Source: Candidatus Neptunichlamydia sp.
GTDB taxonomy: Bacteria; Chlamydiota; Chlamydiia; Chlamydiales; Simkaniaceae
DNA length: 64,000 bases
Direction of reading: 5' to 3'
NCBI GenBank assembly: GCA_965233865.1
Contig: OZ247587.1
Span: 704,001 to 768,000 of the forward strand
A program made the position numbers and the translations under genes. The notes beneath the pieces are model-generated. The model was not told the origin of the DNA, searched no databases, and saw only the letters and a list, made by a program, of their open reading frames with translations. Below, piece by piece: positions 49,501-57,852 of the stretch (position 1 is the first letter of the stretch; each line of letters opens with the position of its first letter).

Positions 49501-50033
49501 TGAATCGAACAGCGCATAGTCACAACTCAGGGATCCAGTGGACAAATCATCTTGGATTGACTGGAGAAGTCGGAACATTCCACATCGGAGATGTTAGTTC
49601 TGGCTCTATTCCAGTGCAAATTTTTGGGAACCTTGACCATTTTTACCTCCACAATGGAAATTTTAGTGAGAGTGGCGCCAACAGCATTAACCTGCGAGTG
49701 CGTTCTAAAACATCGAATGCACTCCGTTCGGAACTGGGACTTAGCTCAAGCTATGCCTTCCAATTTTCTGGTGGATGTTGGACACCTTATGTTCGCATCA
49801 GCTGCGTCAACAAAACGCTTCTGAGCAGCAGCTCGTATCGCGGAGGCTTCCGTGGACAAACCGGGACATTCTCAGTGAGCGCAAGTAGCAAAGGAACCAT
49901 CCAGTGGTCACCGGGCGTAGGCGTTAAATTCTCAAACATGCATGGGTTTTTACTTCTCCTGAATACCAGCGCGGAACTTAACGGCAAAATAAAAAACTAT
50001 TCTGCTGACATGCGGCTAGATTATACGTTTTAA
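46512..50033 (+). CDS. Type Va autotransporter with glycine-rich (PGRS-like) passenger
   Basis: Signal peptide, ~300-aa Gly-rich block, PATR-like GANTYTGATTINSGTL repeat, and a C-terminal beta-barrel ending RLDYTF. Confidence 0.9.
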   Translation: MSRCRFIASLSTFLCVAPFLEGVVVNNATDLNNAIIAANAAGDSSIQFGTSINLTTLPVNVLQPLNANNVLNSANNTFTIDGRGHSLLGGGSHRGFFARQSTGTVTIQNLTIDGAHTQGGNGGNPSAGGGLGAGGGLFLNTGSKVTLDNVSFQNSQATGGNGASSADVLINSGGGGLTIIIISPRLPGGGGGGGGFSGNGGNTDEGKYGGAGGGSFSGNGGNTDGYGGAGGGGFNGNGGNVLSNNGPGASGSGSGGGGGGFNGGGSSSLGGGGGAGDGGFGGNSGASGGPGGVGSGSGTGGLAGAGVGSGGGSGAVGNTSGISGEAGLGGAGGSLPGGGGGGGYAYTPDSGGSGGSGGIGFGGGGGGGGEGNSGVGGNADFGGGGGGGGGSGQLPQGVLATGGSGGFGGGGGGGGGSDQLPQGIPATGGSGGFGGGGGGGGGSGQLQQGIYASGGLGGFGGGGGNSANGGFGGGHGSSISLFSGGGGGGGAMGADVFIQRGAALTIRSGISFTGSSVNPGTSFFGGLPGQALGTNIFMMSDSSIIVENLSMNSTVPNAIESDLGAGGGALHTGGLTLNAGNTAVFTLVGANTYTGATTINSGTLHVDGSIITPVTLNNGVFGGNNTSLLTSAVPNSGNLTVNGGMVSPGGDNAYGSLTLGGNLLFNGGGIFDAEVDSVGNTDSISVAGTATLDGTLDIQAAVGNFITGQVIKIFDAIGGVSGTFSNVILPIHPHGGDLFEVQYSANSVDLVVLQDLIFDAPYTGQTINSGNPQAVVDYLITQLPVDPTSDVGFVIKSLGLVSNDELNKALNLMHPGSFGLFESMNLTTNAKIMQIFSQHLERNPESAPSETISQLEPSFTAATGDRPFCPSAPAGIDCGRNESKHHNVWLQPFSTWNTQSRKGELRGANYESVGIMTGYDYLFKNFCVGAGLGYAYTNFRWQGSAGKGHINQIYGGLYGSYFMKYFTATLSTMVGGNYYNTNRNIRYNASNHPTARLNRTAHSHNSGIQWTNHLGLTGEVGTFHIGDVSSGSIPVQIFGNLDHFYLHNGNFSESGANSINLRVRSKTSNALRSELGLSSSYAFQFSGGCWTPYVRISCVNKTLLSSSSYRGGFRGQTGTFSVSASSKGTIQWSPGVGVKFSNMHGFLLLLNTSAELNGKIKNYSADMRLDYTF
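47652..47885 (+). repeat. Three tandem 78-nt coding repeats
   Basis: Unit encodes F-G9-S(G/D)QL(P/Q)QG..A(T/S)GG(S/L)GG, three copies. Confidence 0.92.
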
Positions 50034-50188
50034 CATACTATAGCTTAGTACAGGATTAAAAAAATTAAGGATGGAGCAATTCATCGATATGTAGTAATTT
50101 ATTTTTTATTAAAAAAAAGATTTAAATCAATAACATTGATAATCTATTTTTTATATTTGAACATAAAACTTAATAATAGGTAAAAATT

Positions 50189-52138
50189 ATGTGCCATTTT
50201 CATTTTAAAAAAATAATAGTCTTTTTAGTGGCAATATTCACGACGCAGTTTTTGCTAGCAGTTCCCCCAGCTCCACTACAAAATTATTGCCCTGTTGTTT
50301 TAGTGAATAATTCCACCTTGAATGCAAACCAAATTTACTTTGTCGCACATGGAAACGATCCTAATGGGTTTCCTTGTTTTTTGGTTCCCGATGCAAATGG
50401 TGTTTGTCAGTTTTCCTACCCTACAGCAGACGGCACTCCAAGCTCAGCATTGGTGAGTAAAACTCTTGACCAGCTTCCAATTGCTACTGACATCCCACCT
50501 TTGATCAATGAAGCTTACTTAGTTTATTTACCTGTTAACAGTTCTTCTAGAGCTTACCTTTCAATCGACCTCCCTATATACTTGGGAACTTCTATTAATC
50601 CTGCTCTTGGGGTAATGGGTATTATGGATGCTTCAGTAACCTCACGAACCGACCCAAACTTCTACACTTTATATCAAGATTTTGAGTTTGATTTAGATGA
50701 TTCGGTTTCAAATTCGGAAAAGAAGCTATATTTAAACCTTTCTTGGGTCGATTACTTCTGCCTTCCAATGCAATTGCATACCTACAGTTATCCTTCAAAT
50801 AAACAAATTAGCATGGATGGAACTTATGAATCTGGAACAGACTCAAAATTGACACGTGAAGATATCATTACCCAAATGAATTCTGGCTTAACTGCTGGCC
50901 AAGCTTACCCCTCTTGGGGGTATCTAGACGTTCCATTCTACGATAACCCTTACACAGACTCTACTCCTGCTAGTTGTGTGCGTATTCTTGCTGCAAAAAA
51001 CAGCATTGATTTAGAAAAAAGCCCACAGTTTCAAGGAGGGCAAACCCCCCCGAATTTTTTCCCCTTGACCTACAGTACAGACGCAAACAATGGTCCCCAA
51101 ACAGGTAAAAGCTTTTATGAAGCTGTGTATAACTACTACTTATCCAATATCTTTTATGCCAAAGTGATCCCAGCAGGTCACTTAAAAGAGGAAGTCTATA
51201 CAATCACATCCGTTTCAGGTTCTCCTCTCGTTTTGAGTTTTGTAGCTGCAAATGTAAAGAACCACACATTAGATGTCACACTTGATTTGAATGACCTTGC
51301 TTTCGACCAAATGCTCAGTGGATCTGTCTGGCCATTTCAGCCAACGACCGTTTTAGCCGCCTATACAAATGAACTCTCTAAACTTATCAGCGCACTCTTT
51401 ACCATCGGTCAGTTGCCTTATACTGCGTCTACAACTTCGCCTGAGAATCCCTTTGTCAATAACAATGATGGGTATAAAGCGATAACCTACTTCAAAAATC
51501 CTCCAAATTATAGTAATGGTCCTTGGTATAACCTTTTCGACATTGAGCTGCATAAATTAGAAATTAGCAAAGAGAAAGTCCCAAAAAATGCAACCCTTGG
51601 GCTTGGCTACGGTTATGATTTTGACGATTTACTAAATATGAGCGGAATTATTAACGGAATTGACATTCAAGATACCCTTGGAAACCCGTCTCCAACAACG
51701 GATGCTTCAGAACCCTACCTTATCATCACATTAGAGAGTTTATCAGGCACCACCATTCCGAACCTCGCCGCAAACAATCAAGCCTACAATGTGACCATGG
51801 GACCTGCTGCAAGCGGTGTTGATGTGTCATTTACCTACTACGATGGTTCGATCACACAGACAACGAATGCCTCACTAACAGTAAATACAGATTTAGGATC
51901 AGTGCAAGTCGATGAAAACAACCCTTTTGTCATTAAGTTCACTTTTGATAGCGCGGACTACGAGTACCATATTAACATTCAAAATCAAGTCGTGCTCCCC
52001 TCAACTGTGACAAGTACATATTCTGCAGCAGATCAACATTTTCTCAATAGTATTGTCTTTGAAAAAACCTTGGGAACACAATCAAACCCAGAATTTACAA
52101 TTACTTATAATAGCTCACCACCTCCTTGGGCTGGATAA
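50189..52138 (+). CDS. Secreted GH64-family beta-1,3-glucanase-like protein
   Basis: Signal peptide; S.R.Y.S, DPN..TLY..FEF, L.LN.S.VD.F.LP (candidate catalytic Glu/Asp), and GYGYDFDD, similar to the GH64 GYAFPYDD. Confidence 0.75.
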   Translation: MCHFHFKKIIVFLVAIFTTQFLLAVPPAPLQNYCPVVLVNNSTLNANQIYFVAHGNDPNGFPCFLVPDANGVCQFSYPTADGTPSSALVSKTLDQLPIATDIPPLINEAYLVYLPVNSSSRAYLSIDLPIYLGTSINPALGVMGIMDASVTSRTDPNFYTLYQDFEFDLDDSVSNSEKKLYLNLSWVDYFCLPMQLHTYSYPSNKQISMDGTYESGTDSKLTREDIITQMNSGLTAGQAYPSWGYLDVPFYDNPYTDSTPASCVRILAAKNSIDLEKSPQFQGGQTPPNFFPLTYSTDANNGPQTGKSFYEAVYNYYLSNIFYAKVIPAGHLKEEVYTITSVSGSPLVLSFVAANVKNHTLDVTLDLNDLAFDQMLSGSVWPFQPTTVLAAYTNELSKLISALFTIGQLPYTASTTSPENPFVNNNDGYKAITYFKNPPNYSNGPWYNLFDIELHKLEISKEKVPKNATLGLGYGYDFDDLLNMSGIINGIDIQDTLGNPSPTTDASEPYLIITLESLSGTTIPNLAANNQAYNVTMGPAASGVDVSFTYYDGSITQTTNASLTVNTDLGSVQVDENNPFVIKFTFDSADYEYHINIQNQVVLPSTVTSTYSAADQHFLNSIVFEKTLGTQSNPEFTITYNSSPPPWAG

Positions 52139-52165
52139 GATTAACACTTAAAAATATGAGACCAA

Positions 52166-55100
52166 ATGAGATTAAGAAATGCTTTACTCTTAGTGATCAT
52201 CTCCCTTAATTTATTTGCTGTAACCAAAACTTGGCAGGGAACCAGCAGTTCCATGAGTACAGGGAGTAACTGGAGCCCTGCGGTAGCACCGATGCCAGGT
52301 GATGATTTAGTTTTTCCTAAGTCCCCTACTGTAAGCTCAATTACGAACGACATTGTTGGAACCCTCAACGTTGGATCCATGAGCTTTCACGATACTTATA
52401 CCCTCTCAGGCAACTCGTTTGCTACAGCTGCATCAGGAGGGGTTAGTATCTCTTTAGGCACCCTGACTTTCAATCAACCCAACCAATTTTCTGGAGTCAT
52501 CTCAGTTGGTACCGTTGCCACTCCAGCTACTTTGACAGCTGGTGCTGCGGGGGCTATTGGAAACGCAAGTTTTCAGCCATTTGTTACTTTGCTTGGCACG
52601 AGTACATTAAACTTGAATGGCAATGATAATACTTTATTATTCCTCTCAGGAAACCTTGGAAGCTCAGTGACTCTAGGTTCTGGAACCCTCACTGTAATAG
52701 GATCTTCTACAGATCTCCCTTTCTATGGAAACGTGTCAGGGGCAGGCAATATAGCGGTTCCCTCAGGAACTCTTCCTCTAATGGGAACCAACACATATTC
52801 AGGAACAACAACGATCCAAGGAGGCGGGTCTTTAAATACTTTGAACAGCACTGGATCGACGAGTATGATCTCTTTCCCATCAGGGGCAGGATCACTTGTA
52901 TTTGGCGGTTCTGGTAGTTTCAACACACCGATTGACATTGCCGGTACGGCTCAGATTAGCGTCAACGACCACAATGTCACACTTTCTGGAGAACTGTCTG
53001 GCCCTGGCACCTTGCAAAAACTAGGGCGTGGAACTTTGACTCTAACCGGGACAAACACAAACTTAACAGGGCCCCTAATTATTAAAGGAGGAATTTTAAA
53101 TGTTACCACTGCGAGTTTAGGGAATTTTACGTCTATTTTATTTGATACGTTTGGAGGAGCCATTCAAATCGCAGAAAATATGGCCATTCCCCAACCTATT
53201 ACCCTCTCTAACTTTGGTGGATTTGATACAAATGGATTTAATCTCACAATCAGTGGCCCGATCTCAGGATCCCACCCATTCACTAAGTCAGGTGCAGGCA
53301 CACTTACCTTAACAAACAGCGTAAGTAACTACACGGGAAAAACCGTGATTCAGGAAGGGACCTTGAATGTGACACCCACAACCTTTCCAACTAGCTCTAC
53401 TCAGCTTGTTTTTGATAGCCCTGGAACTGGCATTCTTCAAATTGCAGATAACTTCCCAAGCTTTACTTCTTCAATCGTCTTGTTTGACAACGGAACAATC
53501 GATACCAACTCCCAAAATATGACAATTTCTGGAGTCATTGCCGGGCTCACAGGAAACACTTTTAATAAAAATGGAATGGGAACCCTGATTTTAATGGGGG
53601 AGAATGTGTATCAAGCAGCTACAAGCGTCAACGCAGGAACACTTCAAGCAGGCATCGCCTCTATGACAACTTATGGACCCTTTGGACTCAGCTCGCCTGT
53701 CACCGTTGCTTCTGGAGCAACACTTGACTTTCAAAATTTCGAAACAACAGTTGGAAGTTTAGATAACTTGGGGACAGTTTTTAGTAGCAACACAGTAGAT
53801 GCCTCCAGTTTCACTCAAGCGAATTCTGGCACGCTCGAGTTAAATTTTCCCACAAACCAAGCAGTCCCCGTTGGAAATATCTCTGTTACAGGTGCCATTA
53901 ACTTGGATGGCATGCTAGATGTGACAAACACAGGGGGCTTTACTTTCACGCAAGGGAACGAAATCATATTACTGCAATCATCAGGTTCAGGAAAACAACT
54001 CACTGGCACCTTCTCATCGGCTACTCTTCCCTTTGGTAAATTAAAATATGACTACGCTCAAAACCAAGTTATTTTGGGACTTGGTGGTTGCGATGGAATT
54101 TGGGGATCGGCATCTAATGGTGACTGGGGCTTAGTTGGAAACTGGTCTTCTAGTTGTGTCCCTGGAATCGGTGGTAACTCCCAAGACTCTGCAACATTTA
54201 ATGATGTTGCAGCAGGAGCTGTGACAGTGACTCTTGCTGATAGTGGAACAAGTACCGCTTTGCCCGTAATCCTTCATGATATCACTTTTAACGCCTCTAG
54301 CACCGTTTTTACAATCGATCAGTTTGACAACACCAGTGTGATCACTTTAGATGCTCCTTCAGGAAGCTCAAGCCCAACCATTCATATCACAGATGGAACT
54401 CCAACAATTAATACACCTATTCTCCTTAATACTGCCTCTGTATTCTCTCTCAGCACCGGGACACTCACTCTAGGTTCTAATACAACCATTACATCGGCTA
54501 ACAATGACGGCCTACAAATTATCGAGGGACAAAATAACGGGACATTAACGAATAACGGATCAATCACTCCTGCTAGTTTGGCAGTCAATGGAAGTACACT
54601 CAATAACAACGCAACAATCCAAACCACGGGTTCTATCATAATCGAAGATCTTGCAGGACTTACGAATCCCATTATGGTCACTAATGCTTCAACATTTACT
54701 GCTGGCACAACCTTTAGCATTGGAGGAGATTCGACCGTCACAAATAGTGCAACAATGGCTTCTGAGGGGAACTTCACAATCAACAATGGCATGGTTACCA
54801 ACCAGTCTGGAGGTCAGTTAAACGCTGGATCAAGCAGCACTTTCTCTGTTACAGGAGGCACGTTGACAAATGCTCAAGGCGGAATATTAGGAACAGCAGA
54901 TTCAAATCTATCTGTGAGTGGTGGAGCCCTTAACTCTGCCGACCAAATCTTGGCAAATAACTACACCCAAACTAGTGGCGGAACACTAGGATTAAATTTC
55001 CCAACAACTTCAGCTTCACCCGTTGGAAAAATTTCAGCTGCTGCTGCAATTAGTTTAAGCGGTACCCTAAACGTAACAAATACCGGCGGCTTTTCTCCTA

Positions 55101-57466
55101 CTCCTGGAACTGAAATTGTTTTATTAGAATCTTCAGGCTCTGGAAAACAACTTTCCGGATCCTTCACCACGACCACCCTTCCCTTTGGTAAGTTGAAATA
55201 TGACTACAGCCAAAACCAGGTCATTTTAGGCGTTGGGGGTTGCGATGGAACTTGGGCAGCTACTACTAATGGAAACTGGGGAACTGTTGGGAACTGGTCG
55301 TCTGGGTGTGTCCCTGGAATCAACGGAAATGCCCAAGATTCCAGCACATTTAACGACGTCGCTGCGGGAGCTATCACAGTCACCCTTGCAAATGATTCAG
55401 GAAATGCCGCATTGCCAGTTATTCTCCATGAAATTGCTTTCAACTCTGCAAACACCACTTACACAATCGAGCAATTTGACAACACTAGCATCATCCATTT
55501 AGATGAACCAAATGCGAGCTCATCTCCCTCCATTATCCTCACAGCTGGAACTGCAACAATTGATACCCCGATTATACTCAACACCGACTCAGTGCTTTCA
55601 GTCAGCTCTGGAACACTCATATTCGGTCCCAATACCACAATCGCAGGTTCGAATGATTTACAAATCAGTGAAGGACACACAAGTGGAACAATCACAAACA
55701 ATGGAGCGATCACACCAGCGAGTTTCACAATCGAAGGAAACACCTTCAACAACATGGGGTCGGTCCAAACCACCGGTTCAATTGTCATCGAAGACCTTCC
55801 AGGAGTAGACAACCCAATTGTAATCAACAATTTCTCAACATTTATTGCTGGCACCAACTTGAGCATTAGCGGAAATGCCATGATCTCGAACCAATCGGGT
55901 GCACAGATGAACGCAGGTTCAGGTAGCCTTCTCTCAGTTGCTGGTGGAACAGTGACAAATAGCCAAGGGGCAACATTTGGCACTTCTGATGCCGATCTCA
56001 CTATCTCAGGGGGAATAGTGAATAACTCTGGGATTACAAAAGCAAAAACCTACACACAAAGTAGCCCAGCCACCCTTCAGCTAAATCTCTTGAACAGTTC
56101 CAGTTTTGGACAAGTTCTTGTGAGCGATCAAGCAAGCCTCGGTGGAAACCTCATCATCAACGCTTCCTCTGACCCCTCGATCGTATCAGGCCAAAGCTTT
56201 GATCTGATCACGACTCAAAATGGGGTTTCCAACACTTTCTCTAATATTTCATTTCAAGGATTCCCTGGTTCTACCATCCCTGATTTAATCTATCTGCCAA
56301 ACACCGTGCAATTGAAGACCAGCCCATCTGTTCCGGGCCATTTTAGCGGAAACCAATCTCACATTTCTTTTGGATTGGTCAGACAGCACAGTTCATACGT
56401 GAGAAGAAAGTGCTTCCAATTTAGAGATCGATTGCCAAATGGCTCTGCTCCAGCAAATCAAAATACCATCTCGCAAATTAACCTCACACATCCTGAAGTT
56501 AAAGGAATAATGGTCTCTCTTAAAGAACCTACAAGCATGAACACTGCTCAGGAGAAAGATACTACCCCGATCTTGGAACCACTCCCCACCAGAGCAAACC
56601 ACACAAGAGATGGAAAGGTCTACATTGGTCCTGTTGCCTCTTTTGGAGAAATCGATTCAAAAAAAGACCAAATCGGCTCCACTTATACCTCTGCTGGAGG
56701 ACTCATTGGTGCGGATTATCTTTTCCGAGAGATTGAAAAATTTCCCTGCGACATTGGAGTGGGTGGAACCGTTCAATATCGTAGGCTTTGTGGAAACGGA
56801 AAAAATAATTCAGGAGACTATCAAAGCCATATTCTCCATGGAAGTCTCTACAGTTCATTTATTCCTCAAGCACTCCAAGCGCTTTCTATCGAAACCGTTG
56901 TTGGATACACGCACATTTGGGACTACTTAAACCGCACAGCTGGTTTTGACAAAAATAGCAAAGCAAGAAGCAACACAGATCAAAATCTCTTTGATACTCT
57001 TCTCGGTTTAGAGTACACACTCACCTTGCCAAAACAATTTTCATTTACTCCCTATCTGTATCTACAATACATCTACAATCACGTTGATGGTTTCAAAGAA
57101 AGTGGCGCTAAGATTTATAACCTAAAAGTGAAGTCTCAATCCATTAACTCACTGAACACCCAATTAGGAGCTCGGACCTGTTACAACCTGATCAGAAAAA
57201 GCTACACGTTAACATTTGAACTGGATGTAGAGTGGATCAGAGAGTATTTAAACAATGACCGTTCAGTTGGATTTATTCCTTTTTTGATTACCAACCAGCC
57301 AACAAATATCACAGCATTTGCCCCTTCTAGAAATAGCATCTTGCTGGCCACTGACTTACTGTTAAAATTTCCAAATGGATGGCAAGCAGAAGCGGGCTGC
57401 ACGTTCCAGTATAATAGCTTATTTTACGACAACTTTTTCTACTTAGGTGTCGGAAAGCGATTCTAA
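52166..57466 (+). CDS. Large type Va autotransporter with PATR repeats and internal module duplication
   Basis: Signal peptide; K.G.GTLTL...N.Y.G.T.I..GTL repeats; Thr/Ser/Gly/Asn-rich beta-helix passenger; beta-barrel ending LGVGKRF. Confidence 0.92.
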   Translation: MRLRNALLLVIISLNLFAVTKTWQGTSSSMSTGSNWSPAVAPMPGDDLVFPKSPTVSSITNDIVGTLNVGSMSFHDTYTLSGNSFATAASGGVSISLGTLTFNQPNQFSGVISVGTVATPATLTAGAAGAIGNASFQPFVTLLGTSTLNLNGNDNTLLFLSGNLGSSVTLGSGTLTVIGSSTDLPFYGNVSGAGNIAVPSGTLPLMGTNTYSGTTTIQGGGSLNTLNSTGSTSMISFPSGAGSLVFGGSGSFNTPIDIAGTAQISVNDHNVTLSGELSGPGTLQKLGRGTLTLTGTNTNLTGPLIIKGGILNVTTASLGNFTSILFDTFGGAIQIAENMAIPQPITLSNFGGFDTNGFNLTISGPISGSHPFTKSGAGTLTLTNSVSNYTGKTVIQEGTLNVTPTTFPTSSTQLVFDSPGTGILQIADNFPSFTSSIVLFDNGTIDTNSQNMTISGVIAGLTGNTFNKNGMGTLILMGENVYQAATSVNAGTLQAGIASMTTYGPFGLSSPVTVASGATLDFQNFETTVGSLDNLGTVFSSNTVDASSFTQANSGTLELNFPTNQAVPVGNISVTGAINLDGMLDVTNTGGFTFTQGNEIILLQSSGSGKQLTGTFSSATLPFGKLKYDYAQNQVILGLGGCDGIWGSASNGDWGLVGNWSSSCVPGIGGNSQDSATFNDVAAGAVTVTLADSGTSTALPVILHDITFNASSTVFTIDQFDNTSVITLDAPSGSSSPTIHITDGTPTINTPILLNTASVFSLSTGTLTLGSNTTITSANNDGLQIIEGQNNGTLTNNGSITPASLAVNGSTLNNNATIQTTGSIIIEDLAGLTNPIMVTNASTFTAGTTFSIGGDSTVTNSATMASEGNFTINNGMVTNQSGGQLNAGSSSTFSVTGGTLTNAQGGILGTADSNLSVSGGALNSADQILANNYTQTSGGTLGLNFPTTSASPVGKISAAAAISLSGTLNVTNTGGFSPTPGTEIVLLESSGSGKQLSGSFTTTTLPFGKLKYDYSQNQVILGVGGCDGTWAATTNGNWGTVGNWSSGCVPGINGNAQDSSTFNDVAAGAITVTLANDSGNAALPVILHEIAFNSANTTYTIEQFDNTSIIHLDEPNASSSPSIILTAGTATIDTPIILNTDSVLSVSSGTLIFGPNTTIAGSNDLQISEGHTSGTITNNGAITPASFTIEGNTFNNMGSVQTTGSIVIEDLPGVDNPIVINNFSTFIAGTNLSISGNAMISNQSGAQMNAGSGSLLSVAGGTVTNSQGATFGTSDADLTISGGIVNNSGITKAKTYTQSSPATLQLNLLNSSSFGQVLVSDQASLGGNLIINASSDPSIVSGQSFDLITTQNGVSNTFSNISFQGFPGSTIPDLIYLPNTVQLKTSPSVPGHFSGNQSHISFGLVRQHSSYVRRKCFQFRDRLPNGSAPANQNTISQINLTHPEVKGIMVSLKEPTSMNTAQEKDTTPILEPLPTRANHTRDGKVYIGPVASFGEIDSKKDQIGSTYTSAGGLIGADYLFREIEKFPCDIGVGGTVQYRRLCGNGKNNSGDYQSHILHGSLYSSFIPQALQALSIETVVGYTHIWDYLNRTAGFDKNSKARSNTDQNLFDTLLGLEYTLTLPKQFSFTPYLYLQYIYNHVDGFKESGAKIYNLKVKSQSINSLNTQLGARTCYNLIRKSYTLTFELDVEWIREYLNNDRSVGFIPFLITNQPTNITAFAPSRNSILLATDLLLKFPNGWQAEAGCTFQYNSLFYDNFFYLGVGKRF
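53810..56050 (+). repeat. Tandem duplication of a ~370-aa passenger module
   Basis: Units start at 53810 and 54962 (period 1152 nt) and share SSGSGKQL.G.F...TLPFGKLKYDY.QNQVILG.GGCDG.W and CVPGI.GN.QDS.TFNDVAAGA.TVTLA. Confidence 0.92.
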
Positions 57467-57852
57467 ACCCGGGAGTAGTGTTCTCTCCGAGGTCTTTTTT
57501 CAAGAAGATCCTTTTCTACTTGCCTCAACATGAACTCTGAATAAATAGGCTAAACTTTCGAGTTAAAGGGGATTGATAAACTTGGTTCGGAAAAGTTTTT
57601 ACGAGTGAAAAGTTTTCATTTTGATCCTTTTTTGTTATCATAAAAAGATCAGTTCACCTCTAATAAACTATTTTTTTTGAAAATGCAGGCTCTGCCAAAA
57701 CTATACAATAAAAGAAAAATGGGACATGATATGTTAGAAGAGAGCTGTAAATGATTGCAACTGCTATAAATTAGCTTAATATAAAGTGACTACTGAGTCA
57801 AAGTACGACCGCATGATCTCTTTAAAATAAGACGAATTCTTCGGAGTAATAA

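Noticed and set aside
53810..56050. Duplicated segment as a diversity-generating retroelement TR/VR pair
   Set aside because: Both copies lie in one ORF, differences are not adenine-specific, and no reverse transcriptase is present.
46512..57466. Calling the autotransporters Pmp proteins
   Set aside because: They lack repeated GGA(I/L/V)+FxxN pairs and carry PATR-type repeats instead.
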